A model generated the notes under the pieces. It ran no database searches. It saw nothing but the letters and a program-made list of their open reading frames with translations, and was not told the origin of the DNA. The position numbers were made by a program, and so were the translations under genes. From Mobula hypostoma (lineage: Eukaryota): DNA of 64,000 bases. Shown here one piece after another: positions 25,377 through 39,806 of this stretch (position 1 is its first letter; each line of letters begins with the position of its first letter). The DNA lies in NCBI RefSeq assembly GCF_963921235.1, contig NC_086097.1, positions 51,152,001-51,216,000 of the forward strand, written 5' to 3'.

Positions 25377-25957
25377 CTAAAATATACAGAAAATAAATGT
25401 CATTTCTTTGAAGCAAACAAAAGCAGAAATAGACCAATTTCTTAAGCAAAACCTTCTCCAAGATTGATGCACTAAAACCATTTTTGTACCAATAGGATAA
25501 ACATTAATTTTCAAGCTTTTGCTTAATTGCATTACTTGCCCTTATTGTCATCCACTAAATTCAGAACTTAATTTTACTTTTATATACTCTCTGGAAATTA
25601 CACCAGAACAACTATCTTCAAACTTCATTATCCAAGGCGTTTATCTTCAACTTCAATTTTTACATATCCAAAAATCATGTACAACAGGTTTCAGGTTCAA
25701 CAAAATACAAGTAGAAAACATATGAAAGTACAAGATTTAGGAGAAATGTAATCCAAATATATTAAATATTTTTAAAGATTAAAGATCAGCATTTTTGTCA
25801 CAAGTACACAGAAACATTAAAAATACAGTGAAATGCATCAACCAGCAACAACCTGAGCATGTGCTGGGGCAGACCACAAGAATCCCAAGGTTTCCAGTGC
25901 CAACACAGCATGCCCACAACTTATCTACCCATACATCTTTGGAATGTGAGATGAAAC

Positions 25958-28900
25958 CTTTTCAGAAGGGCTTTGACAAGATGCCACACATGAGGCTGCT
26001 TAACAAGCTAATACAGGATAGATTCTAGCATGGATAAAGTAGTGGCTGATTGGCAGAAGGCAAAGATTGGGAAAGAAGGGAGCATTTTCTGGTTGGCTGC
26101 TGGTGACTACTGGTGTTTCACAGAGGTTTGTGTTGGGACCGCTTCTTTTTAAGTTATACGTCTATGATTTGGGTAATGGAATTAATAGCTTTGTTGCAAA
26201 GTTTGCAGATGATATGAAGATTGGTGGAGGGACAGGTAGTTTTGAGCAAGTAGAGACACTACAGAAGGACATAACAGTTTAGGAGAATGGGTACAGAAAT
26301 AACAGATGGAATACAGTATCGGGAAGTGTATGGCCATGCACTTTAGTAGAAGAAATGAAATACGTTTGTAGTTGACTATTTTCTAAATGGAGAGAAAATA
26401 CAAAAAACTGAGGTGAAAGGGACTCGGGTGTCCTTGTGCAGGATTTCCTAAAGGTTAATTTGCAGGTTGAGTCTGCGGTGAGGAAGGCAAATGCAATGTT
26501 AGCAATCGTTTCAGGAGGATTAGAATATAAAGGAATTGTGGACCATGTAGAAGGCTGGCAAAGAATACAACACAACATTGATCAGCTGCAGATATGGAAT
26601 GAGAAATGGAAGATGGCGTTTAACCCAGATAAATGTGAGGTGTTACACCTCAGGAGGGCAAATGCAAAGAGACAGTACACTTTTAAGGGCAAGATCCTTA
26701 ATAGTGATGCTGAGCAGAGATATCTTGGGATCCAAGCACATAGTTCCCTGAAGGTGGCTACACAGGTCAATAAGGTGGTTAACAACGTTTATGGAATGCT
26801 TGCTTTTATTAGTCGAGGCATTGAGTTCAAAAGTCAGGAGGTTATGTTGCAACTTTATAAAACTCAGGTTAGACCACATCTGGAGTACTGCATACAGTTC
26901 TGGTTGCCCCACTATCCAGAAGGATGTTGAGACTTTGGAGAGGGTGCAGAAGAGGTTTACAAGGATGCTGCCTGGTTTAGACGGCATGTGTTATCACAAG
27001 ACGATGGATAAATGGGTTGTTTTCTCTGGAACGGAGGCTGAGGGGAGATCTGATAAGAGATTTACAAGATTATGAGAGGGAAAGAAAGAGTGGACAGAGA
27101 AGGATGTGTTTCCCGGGGTTGAAATGTCTAATAAAAGAAGGCATGCATTGAAGGTGAGAGGGGGTAGGTTCAAAGCGGGGTTGTGAGGGGCAAGTTTTTT
27201 TTACTCAGTTGTAAATGCTGTACACTGCCTGGTACGGTGGTAGAGGCAAATCCATTAGAAGTTTTTAAGGGTCATTCAGATAGGCACACGATTATGAGGA
27301 AGGGGTGATATGGCCATTGTGCAGGTGGGGGGGGGATTAGCGTTTGCATTTTAAAAAATTTACTTTACCTAGGTCAGCAGAAAATAGTGGGCTGAATGGC
27401 CTGTTCCTGTGCTGTACTGTTCCATGTTCTATAAAAGCAAGAATGTTATGTTGAGACTTTATAAAGCACTTGTGAGGCCTCACTTGAAGTATTGTGAGCA
27501 GTTTGGGCTCGCATATCTTAGAAAGGATGTGCTAAAACTGGAGATGGTTTAAAGGAGGTTCATGAAAGTAATTCCAGGGTTGAATGGCTTCTCATATGAA
27601 GAGTATTTGATGGCTCTGGGCCAGTATTCCCAACTCCTGTACTCAATACTTTTGATTTATAAAGAAAGCTTTTGGTAATCTAGTCCAGGGGTCCCCAACC
27701 TTTTTTGCACTGCGGACCGGTTTAATATTGACAATATTCTTGCGGGCCGGCCGACCGGGGGGTAGGGTTGCCAACGAACAAGAGTAGCAGTCAAATGCGT
27801 TGTTTACCCAAAAGACTACAATGACCAATGTGCATGCACGTCATGACCTTCCGATTCCTCACCCCCAACCAAGCAAATCCTTTTTGGCGATTCTGTTCAT
27901 GGAGGTGGGTGTTAATCACTACCGGAATATAGGTGATAAGTGGGTAATACACAATTTTGTTTCTAAAAGGGTTTATCTAATGAATTTAATATTAAACACA
28001 GTGCATATTTTCCTCGCATGGATATAGTGATAAGTCAATTATCAGGGGAGCTTGAAGTGTTGAACGAACTTCCAGTAGAAGTGGTAGAGGCAAGTTCGAT
28101 ATGATCATTTAAAGAAAAATTGGATAGGTATCTGGACAGGAAAGGAATGGAGGGTTATGGGCTGAGTGCAAGTCGGCGGGACTAGGTGAAAGTAGCGTTC
28201 GGCACGGACTAGAAGGGCTGAGATGGCCTGTTTCCGTGCTGTAATTGTTATATGGTTATATAGGTCACTTATAAGTCAATAGCATCATAACATTTTAAGT
28301 AATATTTGGATATTAAACGCACAGCACATATTTTCCCCGTATGAATACATAAAATCATTGCAACACACCAATATCGCTGAATCAGTGGGAGCCCTGGGCT
28401 TGTTTCCCTGCAACAAAACCGTCCTATCGAGGGGTGATGGGAGACATCGATACTTGAAGGGGGTTCCTGATGTCCAGTCTATTCCGCAGTTTAGTTTTCG
28501 TTGCATTCATTGCAGAAAACTCCGCTTCGCAGAAAAATGTTGGAAATGGAAGCAACGTTTTCAGTGCTTTCGTGACTATCTCAGGATATTCAGCCTTGAC
28601 TTTGATCCAAAATGCCGACAGAGATGTTATGTCAAACATACTTTTCAGCCCGTCGTCATTTGCAAGCTCGAGGAGTTGATCGCCTTCCCACCCTGACACG
28701 GATGATGCGCGGGTCATGACCTCGCATGCGTAATGGCTGATCAGTGGCCGTGACAGGGAATGAGGAAAGGTGCAGCTGACCAAATCATATCGCTTCCTCG
28801 CGGCCCGGTAGCGCATGCTCTGCGGCCCGGTGGTTGGGGACCGCTGCTCTAGTCTTCATAAATCAAAAGTATTGAGTACAGGAGTTGAAATGTTATGTTG

Positions 28901-29857
28901 AAGTTGAACAAGACGTTGGTGGGGGCCTAATTTTGAATACTGTGTGCAGTTTTGGTCACCTATCTACAGGAAAGATGTAAATAAGATTGAAAGAGTACAG
29001 TAAAAATTTGCAAGGATGGTGCCAGGACCTGACGTCCTGATCTACAGGGAAACATTGAATAAGTTTGGACTTTATTCCTCAGAGCGTTGAAGAATGAAGG
29101 GAGATTTGATGGATGTTTACAAAATTATGAAGGGTATAAATAGATTAAATGCAAGCAGGCTTTTTCCACTGAAGTTGGATGAGACGAAAGCTAGAGGTCA
29201 TGCATTAAGGGTGAAAGGTGAAATATTTAAGGGGAACATGGGGAATTTCTTCACTCATAGGGTAGAATGAGCTGCTAGTGGAAGTGGTGGATGCAGATTA
29301 GTTTTCAACACAAGAGAAATTTGGATAGGTACATGGATGGGAGGGGGTTTAAACTATGGTCTGGATGTAGGTTGATGGGACTAGGCAGGCTACTAGTTTG
29401 GCACAGACTCGGCCTGTTTCCGTGCTGTCGTGTTCTACGACTTCCATAATTTTGCATCCATTAGAATTCTGAAGACTTGAGGGGTGACCTCATCGAAACC
29501 TATCAAGCGGTGAAAGGTCTTGATAGAGTGGATGGGGAGAGCATGTTTCCTATGGTAGGAGAGTCTAAGACAGAATGCACAGCCTCAGAATAGAGGGGTA
29601 TCCTTTTAGAACGGAGATGAGGAGGAACTTCTTTAGACAGAGTGGTGAATCTATGGAAATCTTGGCCTCCACAGATGCCTGAGGCGAAGTCTTCATGTAT
29701 ATTTAAGGCAGGGATTGATAGATTCTTGATTCTCAGGGCGTGAAGGGATACGGAGAGTAGGGCCGTGAGGAAAACTGAATCAGCCATGATGATATGGCCG
29801 AGCAGAGATGATAGGCCAAATGGCCTAACTTTGCTCCTTTACCTTATGGTCTTATAG
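25958..29857 (+). mobile_element. Nested CR1 cluster: host CR1 interrupted by a second CR1 (~26530-27430) and a third (~27663-29445), which itself holds a hAT element
   Basis: Repeated CR1 ORF2 C-terminal motifs; host reads GLEYK|SKNVMLRLYKAL across the first insertion. Confidence 0.85.
27686..28846 (-). mobile_element. hAT/Charlie-type deletion derivative with hAT C-terminal dimerisation domain; carries an internal CR1 3' fragment (~28060-28262)
   Basis: TIR CAGGGGTCCCCAACC / GGTTGGGGACCGCTG; 8-bp TSD ATCTAGTC / CTCTAGTC; SLSAFWIKVKAEYPEIVTKALKTLLPFPTFFCEAEFSAMNATKTKLRNRLD. Confidence 0.92.
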
Positions 29858-31537
29858 AAACCAGAATATTCAGAGGAAACCTATGTGGTCACAGGGAGAA
29901 CATACAGACTCCTTAGAGACAGCTATGGGAATTGAAGCCCAATTGCTGGCACTGTAAAGTGTTATGCTGGCCAATTCACTAGCGCATCACCATGAGAAAC
30001 AAAAAGTTGTTTAAATGAATAGGTCAAAAATAAACAAAAGTCTAAAATCCTAACAGTGGTTTTAGGCACGCACAGTTAAATTCTTAAAATTATTTCCTAG
30101 TTTCCAAGTAAATTTCTTAATAAGTGTTTTATAAACACTCAAAACTAAGAAGCTGACTTGAAACAATTATATTCTAGCTAAACATAATAGGGATTTATTG
30201 TTTAGTAGCAAGCAATCCCGAAAACCTCAATTTTCCTGGAAGATATTGGTATTTTCAACTTACAGCAGCTTTCATTTTTCTTAAACTACAAAAACAGAAA
30301 GTTCTGCAGCTGTATTCAGTAGATCTCTTGCTGGTCAAACAATCTCAAACAATAAGACCATTAGCCTAAGAGCAACAAGGTTCCAAGGCACTTATAATGA
30401 ACAAGCAGAACCAGGCCAGACAGGGATCTTGAACTCCTTCATTAAAGTTAATAGAGGAAATGTGGGAAAGAATCAAGTATAGCTGAGTGTTTTTAAATAG
30501 AAGGCCTTTTTAAATTTTATTTTAAAAAGCTTGCTTTGAACACACCCTTTGATCCCATTACATTTTGATAGCTCTTCTTGCATTAAAGGGCTTCAGCTGT
30601 GGCTCATCCCCTCAGTACCCTAACCGTACTTCCGACTGAATTTAGCTGAGTAATTCCAAACAATTTACTCATACATCAGTGGCAATTATCCACAAATACC
30701 AACAGCTATTAAAACGTCTATCATTTATAATGCCAAGGGAATTAATGACAGAGGTAAGCTGTCCACAATCATAAATGAAAAGGAGCAGGATTAACATGGC
30801 CTTCATTAAGATATTACACTTGGGGAAAGTCATCGCAATACTAAGTGAATTTCATTCAGGTTTTTCCCCTCAAAAAATTTTTTTTATGATGTTGGCTTCA
30901 TGGCAAGGTCAGCATCCCCCCCCCCCCCATTTCTCACTTCATCTAAAGATGCTGGTGAACCAACTTCAACAATTGCAGCTTTTCTGGTGAAGAGTCTTAT
31001 GCATCCCTGTGATTTAGACTCAGTGAAGAACTGGCAATGTATTTCAAAAGCAGAATGATGCACCAACTTCGAGAGAAACTGTGTGGTGATATTCTACATT
31101 GCCTTTGTGGTAAAGGTTGCAAATATGAAGATGCTATTGGAAAGGCCTTGGTAAGTACTTGTAATGAATTTTACAGATGTTACACATGACAGGCATTGTA
31201 GAATAGTGGAAAGGATTGATGTTTAGGGGAGCAGATGGGTGCTATTCCTTGATGAATACATCTCCAACAACACTCGAGAAGTTCAATTATCAGTACACAA
31301 CATTCCTAAGTCTGTAGTAGTTCACCACACTAACAACTTGCACCCTGCCATTAGTGGAGTGGCTTTGACAAATGACACCAGTTGCTATGGTATACTCAGC
31401 TTCTAACCTGATGTTAAAGCCACACATTATTTGTTCAGCAGGTCCAATTGAGTTTCTGCTCAATAGTCACAATGCCCTCTAGGCTACTGATTGGTGGGGG
31501 GAGACCAAGTGGCAGTCTTACTACCACTTATCAACCT

Positions 31538-31770
31538 TTGGCACAGTAACATAATGGTTAACATAATGCTATACAGTGCTGGTGACCCAGGTTCAATTCC
31601 CACCAGTGTCTGTGACGAGTTTGTACATTCTCTCTGTGACCCCAGATGCTCTAGTTTCCTCCCACAGTCCAAAGACGTACAGGTTTAGGTTAATCAGTCA
31701 CAAGGGTGTAATTGGGCGGCATGGGCTCACTGAGTCAGAAAAGCCAGTTACTATGCATTTAAAAATAAAT
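31538..31770 (+). mobile_element. tRNA-derived SINE (V-SINE-like)
   Basis: B-box GGTTCAATTCC; central GTTTCCTCCCACAGTCCAAAGACGTAC; AATAAA end; older relatives near 11660-11830 and 29860-29990. Confidence 0.7.
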
Positions 31771-32189
31771 GACCAAAGATGACCTCAATCTTATTGCATA
31801 AAGGCAGAAACATCTTTGCAGGACTGTAGCATCATTAATGGATTGCCTTATTATGATGCAACGAAAGTTTTTAATGAAGCAGAAGATTGCTAGACCTAGC
31901 ACACTGCCTGGGCAACTCCTGTTTCTAGGACTGACTGCAGATTGATTTTTCTTTGTGCATGACAGAACTACAACCATATTGTTCTTCCCAAAATATCTAT
32001 TTACTTTAATCAGCTCTAATCACACACAGTCAAATGCTGTTTTGATGTTACTTCATTTTTAGAATGCGGCTTTTCAACTTATGTTAGGACCAAGGCTCTT
32101 GTAAGGTTTAGAATGGTAGTCCAGTTAAAACCCAAGCTGAGTTTAGCTAAATAAATTATTAGAAAGTAATTTTAAGAGCCATGAAGAAC

Positions 32190-32752
32190 CTTGCCTTTCA
32201 AGTTATGAGCCTCTGCATTCAGCACATTATCTTCCATCATATCTGCCATCTGTAATGTGATCCCACTATCTGTCACATCTCCCCTCCCCCACAGAATACT
32301 GTTCTGTGGCCATCACTCTCCTTGTGATTCCAATTCTTTCATCACTCCCCAACAATTCATCTCTATCCCAGTCATATTTCTCTGTAACACTCAGTGCAAC
32401 CCCTGCCCCTATGCCTCTGCCTTCACCGCTTTCCAGGAAACCGAACAGCCCCTCCAGGCAATGCAGAGATTCTACATTTGGTGCTCTCAATTGGACTTCC
32501 TCTACATTGGCAAGGCCAAACAGGTTGGGTGACCACTTTGCCAAGCACCTGCACTCCGTCCACAACGATCATCTTGACCTCTCAGTTACAAGCTATTTCA
32601 ATGCCCCTCCCCATTGCTACACCGACCTTTCTGTCCCCTGCCTCCTCCACTGACAGGGTGAGGCAAAATGCATATTTGAGGAACTGCACCTCATGCTGCC
32701 AGGGTAGCTGATGATGCAATAGTATAAACATCGAGTTCTCCAATTTCAGGTG
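32190..32752 (+). mobile_element. Old Penelope-like GIY-YIG remnant
   Basis: YIWCSQLDFLYIGK, RLGDHFAKHLHSV; colinear with 47150-47734. Confidence 0.78.
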
Positions 32753-33039
32753 ACTAAACCTTCTTTGTTATTCTCTCCTCCTAATCCCTTTGGTCCAAGC
32801 ACTTAGATGCCATGGCCAAGATAGATTCTTGACCTCACAATCTACCTCATTATGACTTGCACCTTATTGTCTGCCAGCACTGTTTCTGCAACTGTTACGC
32901 TTTATTCTGCACTCTGGTGTTTTACCTTATACTAACTACCTCAATGTACTGATGTGTATGAACAGTGTGCAAGACAAATTTTTCCACCGTACCCTAGTTT
33001 GTGACAATACAGCTCAGCTAATGTCACAATAATGAGACA

Positions 33040-36000
33040 TTACAACTCAGCCCCATCACCTTAGCTCAGATCTTCAAAACCTGGGCCTCCATACCTCCCT
33101 CTGCATCCTTGGATCCTTGACTTCCTCAGGCACACCTCCATGATGCATGCTTAGCCCACTGCTCTACTCTCCTGACTATATGGTTAGGCACAGCCCAAAT
33201 GTCTATAAATTCGCCAATGAGAACAACCGTTGTTGACAGAATCTCAGATGGCATGAGATGGTGTACAGGAGTGAGAAAGACTGGCTGGTTGAGTGGTGCC
33301 ACAAGGAATTTGTACTCAACGTCAGTAAGACCTAGCAATTGTGGATTTCAGGAAGGGGAAAATTGGGATAACAGCAGTCCTCATCAAGGGGTCAACATAA
33401 AGCTCAACACCTTTTATGCACACTTTGAAAGGGAGGATAATAAATGGCGGTGCAGGCTTGAAGGGCCGAATGGCCTACTCCTGCACCTATTTTCTATGTT
33501 TCTATACCTGTGCAAATCCCTAGAGCATCTGATGGTCCTGTGAATTGAAGTCAATGTTAGAACATCTTTCAAAAGGGTGAACCCTCACAAGGAGTCAGGT
33601 CCTGAAGGTGTACCTGGCAGGGCTCTGAAAAACTGTGCCAACCAACTGGCTGGAGTGTTCAAGGACATCTTCAATCTCTCATTGCTGCAGTCGGAGATTC
33701 CCACATGCTTCAAAAGGGCAACAATCATACCAGTGTCCAAGAAGAGCAGGGTGAGCTGCTTCAATGACCATCACCCAGTGGCACTCAAATCTACTGTGAG
33801 TGCTTTGGTCATGGCCAGAGTCAACCAAGCATGAACCTGGACCCACTACAATTTGTCTCCCATCACAACAGTTCTACAGCAGATCTATACATGGAAAACA
33901 AAAGTAAGCTAACCAATAATATTAAAGAGGATACCAAAGGTTTCCTCAGATTCTGTAAAAAGAGGCAAGAGTGGATATCGGAACGCTGGAAAACAATTCG
34001 AGAGGCAATAATGGGAGACAACAAAATGACGGATGAACTGAATAAAATAGTCTTCACTGTGGAAGACACTAGAGGTATGGTGGAAGTTCTAGGTGTCAGA
34101 GGGCCTGAAGCGTGTGAAGTTATCATAATAAGACAGAAGGTTCTTGGGAAACTGAAAGGTCTGAAGGTAGATAAGTCACCTGGACCAGATGGTGCACACT
34201 CCAGAGTTCTGAAAGAGGTGGCTGAAGAGATCGTGGAGGCATTAGCAATGATCTTTCAAGAATCACTAGATTCTGCAATGGTTTTGGAAGACTGGAAAAT
34301 TGCAGATGTCACTCCATTCTTCAAGAACAGAGAGAGGGAGAAGAGAGGAAACTATAGGTCAGTTAGTCTGAACTCAATGGTTGGGAAGATTTTGAAGTCG
34401 ATTATTAAGGATGAGGTCTCATGGTACTGGGAAGCACGTGATAAAATAGACCATAGTAAGCATGGTTTCTTCAAAGGAAAATCTTGCCTGACAAATCTGT
34501 TGGAATTCCTTGAAATAGCAAGCAGGATAGACAAAGGAGAACCAGTTGATGTTGCGTATTAGGATTTTCAGAAGGCCTTTTCACAAAGTACCACACATGA
34601 GCAAGCTTAACAAGCTACAAGCCCATGATGTTACAGGAAAGGTTTTAGCATGGATAAAGCAGCGGCTGATTGACTGGAGGCAAAGAGTGGGAATAAAGGG
34701 AGCCTTTTCTGACTGGCTGCGAGTGGCTAGTGGTGTTCCATAGGGGTCTGTGTTGGGACTGATTCTTTTTATATTATATGTCAATGATTTGGATGATGGA
34801 ACTGATGGCTTTTTTGCAAAGTTTGCAGACGATATGAAGATAGGTGGAGGAGCAGGTAGGTTTGAGGAAGTAGAGAGGCTATAGAAGGACTTAAGACAGA
34901 TTAGGAGAATGGGTAAAGAAATGGCAGATTGAATACAGTGTCGGGAAGTGTACAGTCATACAGTTTGGTAGGAGAAATGAAAAGGTTGACTATTTTCTAA
35001 ATAGAGAGGAAATGCAAAAAACTGAGATGCAAAAGGACTTGGTAGTGTTCGTGCAGGATTCCCTAGAAGTTAACTTACAGGTTGAGTCTGTGGTGAGGAA
35101 GGCAAATACGATGTTAGCATTCATTTCAAGAGGACTAGAACATAAAATCAAGAATGTAATGTTGCAACTTTATAAAGCACTGGTGAGACCTCACTTGAAG
35201 TATTGTGACCAGGTTTGGGTCCCTTATCTTAGAAAGGATGTGCTGAAACTAGAGACAGTTCAAAGGAAGTTCACAAAAATGATTATGGGATTGAATGACT
35301 TGTCATATGAAGAGCAATAGATGGCGTTGGGCCTTTATTCATTAGAATTTGGAAGAAAAAGGGGTAACCTCATTGAAAACAATCAAATGGTGAAAGGTCT
35401 TGATAGAGTGGATGTTGTGAGGATATTTCCTCTGGCAGGAGAGTCTAAGACCAGAGGACACAGCCTCAATAGAGGGGTATTCTTTTACAACAGAGATGAG
35501 GGGGAACTTCTTTAGCTGGTGAGTGGTGAATCTGTGGAATTCATTGCCACAGGCAGCTGCAGAGGTTGACAGGATTCTTAATTAATCAAGGCATGAAGGA
35601 ATATGGGGAGAAAGCAGGAGATTGGGGCTGAGGGGGAAATGGATCAGCCATGATGAAATGGTGGAGCAAACGCGATGGGCCAAATGGCCTAATTCTGCTC
35701 CTAGAGCTCATGTCTTATGGTCTATGGATGCAATCTCACTGGCTCCCCACTCAACTTTGGATCACCTGGACAGTAATAATACCTACACCAGGCTGCTGTT
35801 TATTGATTACAGCTCAGCGTTCAATGCAATCATATCCTTAGTACTAATCAACAAGCTCCAAAACCAGGGACTGTGTACCTCCCTCTGCAATTAGATCCTT
35901 GACTTTCTCAAGGGCAGACCATAATCTGCGTGGATCAGAAATAACACCTCCCCCTCACTGACAGGGCAACACTAGCGTACCTCAAAGACGTGTGCTTAGT

Positions 36001-37300
36001 CCATTGCTCTACTATCTAGAATCAGAACTATGTGTCTAAGCATAGCTCAAACAACACCTATAAATTTGCTGACGACACAACTACTGTTGGTAGAACTTCA
36101 GATGGTGACGAGGAGGCGTACAAGCAAGACATCAGCCAAATGAGTGGTGTTGCAACAACAATCTTGCACTGAACGCCTGCAAGACCAAGGAATTAATTGT
36201 GGGCTTCAGGAAAGGGTAGTCGAGGAAACACACATCAATCCTCATTGAGGGATCAGAAGTGGGAAGGGTCAAGTAGTTTCAAGCTCCTGGGTGTAAACAT
36301 CTCTGAAGATCACCCTGGGTCCAACATATTGATGCAATTACAAAGAAGCCATGATAATGGTCATATTTAATTTTGAGTTTGATGATTGACACCAAATATG
36401 TTGTTGTATAAGTAAGAGGGGTAGGTGTAATAAGCTGTAGCTTCAGCCTATATCCTTTCGGTCTGTTTTAAAGAATATCTATGTTTTTTTTGTTGTGATT
36501 TTGTCTTATGAAATCACTGAAAATGATGCTTGTTATGTTTGTACTGACCAAAATAAATTTCATTCATTGATTCAGTTTGAGGAGACTTGCCATGTCACCA
36601 AAGACACTTGCAAATTTCTACAGATTTACTCTGGAGAGCAAACTAACTAGCTTCATAACCATCTGGTATGGTGGAGGTACTGCACAGAATTTGAAAATGA
36701 AGTTGTACATTCAGCCAGCTTCATCATGGGCAGTGATACCCATGATGGAGCTAGAGAATATGTCCCCAGCATCGAGGACACATACAAAAGGTGATGCCTC
36801 AAAAAGGTGGCATCCATCATCAAGGACCCCCATCATTCAGGGCATGCCCTCTTCCCATTACCAGTAAAGAGGTGGTATAGGAGTCTGAAGACACACTCAA
36901 CTTTTCAGGAACACCTTCACCTCCCCACTCCATCAGACAATGAATTCATGAACATCGCCTCACTCTTTATTCTCCTCTTTTTTGCACTACTTATTTTTTC
37001 CTCTATACTTATCGTAATTTATAGTTTTTTTTAATGTATCACAATGCACTGCTGCCACAAAACAAATTTCATGACATATGCCAGTGATATTAAACCTGAT
37101 TGTGATTCTGATTTTGAAAGGGTAAATAGTTTCAAGTACCAGGGTGTCAACATCATAGATGATCTATTCTGGGCCCACCATATCGAAGCAGTTACGAAAA
37201 AGCAGCCGTTACTGTATTTTATGAGGAGTTTGAAGAGATATGCTATATCAACAAAGACTCTGGCAAACTTCTACAAAGGTACCATGGGGAGTATTCTGAC
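33040..37300 (+). mobile_element. Rex1/Babar-type LINE fragments, the main one interrupted by a CR1
   Basis: [67 protein letters not shown]. Confidence 0.78.
33890..35724 (+). mobile_element. 5'-truncated CR1 LINE (same family as 4945-6708)
   Basis: KVDKSPGPDG, NYRSVSL, HGFFKGKSCLTNLLEF, KFADD, 3' tail. Confidence 0.9.
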
Positions 37301-37509
37301 TGGTTGGGAAGATGTTGGGAGTCAGTTATTAAGGATGTGGTTTCGAGGTACTTGAGACACATGATAAAATAGGCTGTAGTCAACATTGTTTCCTCAAGGG
37401 AAAATCTTGCCTGACAAAATGAAGATCAGATCACATTTTAGGAGTAATTAATGCAGAAAATCAGGTAACTGCAAAGGGTTCATAAACTTTTTCTTGCAAC
37501 TGTACATTA

Positions 37510-39050
37510 CAGAGGTCCCAGAACAGATCCCTGCAGAACTCCACAAATTACAGTCTTCCAGTTTGAACAAGTTCCTTCAGCCAATACCCCATCTTCTATG
37601 CACAAGTCAGTTCTGAATCCAAACAGCCAATTCACTGTGATCCTATGCACCTTAGTCATCTGGATTAGCCTCCCATCAGGGCTTTGTCAAATGCCTTACT
37701 AAAATCCATGTTGACAACATCCATTGCCCTACCCTCAATCTCTCATTACCGTGTCAAAAAACTCAATCAAGTTGGTAATGCATGACCTGCCCAACACAAA
37801 GCCACACTGGATCTCCCTAAATTGGGCCATAGGTTTCCAAATGCTCATCTATCCCATCCCTAAGAATTTTCTCCAGTAATTTTCTTACAACTGACATGAG
37901 ACTCACCAGTCTATAGTTCCCTTCTTAAATAGATGTGCAACATTAGCCAGTCCTCTGGGGCCTCTCCCATGGCTAGAGAGGACACAAGCATACTAGTCAA
38001 GGGACCAGCAATCTCATTTCTTGCCCCCTTCAACAACCTGGAGTAAATCCCATCAGGCCCTGGGAACTTATCCATTTTAATACTCATTAGGAGGCCCAAC
38101 ATTTCCATTTATACATTCAGCACTGATCTTCTGGTCCTCTATATCCTTTTCCTTGGTAAATACTGAAGCTAAGTACTCAATAACTACCTTACTCACCTTC
38201 TCTGCATCCAGGCAAATGCTCCCCCTTTTATCCTTGCGTGGTTCTGCCCTCTCCCTAGTTAGCCTTTTATTCTTGATGCATGTATAGAATGCCTTGGGAC
38301 CCACCTTAATCCTACTTGCCAAGGACTTTTCATGGCCCCTCCTGGCTTTCCTAATTCTCTTCTTTAGTTCTTTTCTGGCTTCTTAATACTCCTCATGTGC
38401 TTCGTTTGATCCTGAATTCCAAAGCTGTACATACTTTTCCTCTTTCTTCTTGACTAAATTCAACACCTCTCTGGACATCAAAGGTTCTCTCATCTTCTAT
38501 CCACATCCTTCCTTGTAACAGGAACACACCTTTCCTATACTCTGTGCAACTGACCTCTAAACACCCCCCACATATCTGATGTGGACTTTCCAGAGAAAAG
38601 GTTCCCAATTAACACCTCCTCATTCCTACCTAATGCCCGCATAATTTGCCCTACTCCAATTTTAAACTCTCCCAAAAGGACCATACCTATCCTTAGCTAT
38701 AGCTATCCTGACATTTAAGGAGCTGTAGTCACTATTCTCTAACTGTTCATCCACTGAAAAGTCAGTCACCTGGCCAGGCCCTTACCTAACACCAGGTCCA
38801 GTACAGCCTCCCCCATCGTAGGACCATCCACATATTGATTTAAGAAACCTTCCTAGATACACTTAAATTCAGCCCCATCTAAACCCTTTACATTAAGCTT
38901 CCAGTTTGTATTAGGGAAGTTGAAATCCCCCATGACAACAACCCTATTATTTTTATACATTTCCTTAATCTGATAGCATATCTATTCCTCAATGATCCAG
39001 TGGCTATTAGGGGGTCTGTAGGACAACCCTCAGTGGCATTGCACCCTTTC
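37510..39050 (-). mobile_element. Degraded CR1 ORF2 fragment (endonuclease to RT)
   Basis: ORF pieces 37911..38108 and 38077..38322; MGDFNFP-like motif near 38925. Confidence 0.82.
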
Positions 39051-39362
39051 TATTAATGGAAAGAGGGCCAAAGATCTCAGGAAGTGTGAATTGAGAAAAA
39101 GAGGAAATAGAAAAACTGGAAAACATTATTGCCACACATGCTTTCAAGATGCAGAAAGCAGTAGTGGGCCAGAAAGTCAAAAAATAAGTTACTATGCTCA
39201 GTTAAATTTTATAAATTTAAACTTATGTGAAGTAATAAGGGATGCAGTCTGCAATAGGACCTGAACATGTAAAATCATAAAATAATACAGAAGGCATATA
39301 GATTAAGTTTTCCATCTGGACAAACTGTCCTTGCAGTCAGAAAACATGACCAGAAAGCTTAC

Positions 39363-39806
39363 CAGCTGGAAGTCTACCTTGCCCTTGTGGTAACCGTGGA
39401 AAAGGATCAGGTGTATGATCATAATATCTATAATCATCCCGAAATCGCTCAACTACATGCCGCCGCCTTTGTCCATCTTCATAATATGGCTCAGGATAAT
39501 AATAACGAGCGGCAGACTGACCAGCATCACCATTTTCAGAATTAACTTCAGCTAAGAAAGACTGCGATGAGACACCATATTCTCGAGGGACATCTGATAT
39601 ATTACGTGGAATGTACGAATGTCCTGAAGGTCTGTTACTTTCACGTCTAATGATTTCACGAGTTGGTCTTTGGACAGGACCTCGCAGGAAGCTTTGGTTT
39701 CGCGAAACCACATCAACTGAAGGATATGCAGATGTTCCTGGCTCCACTAAAACATCAGTCCGCCTTGGAATTGTTGGCCCATGGCGAATAAATGAAGGCA
39801 TTAAAT
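39363..39806 (-). CDS. SAV1: SAV1 coding exon 2 (NLMPSFIRHGPTIPRRTD...QGRLPA)
   Basis: Part of ORF 39337..39828; acceptor ...ttacag, donor GTAAGC; 444 nt, phase 1-1. Confidence 0.96.
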
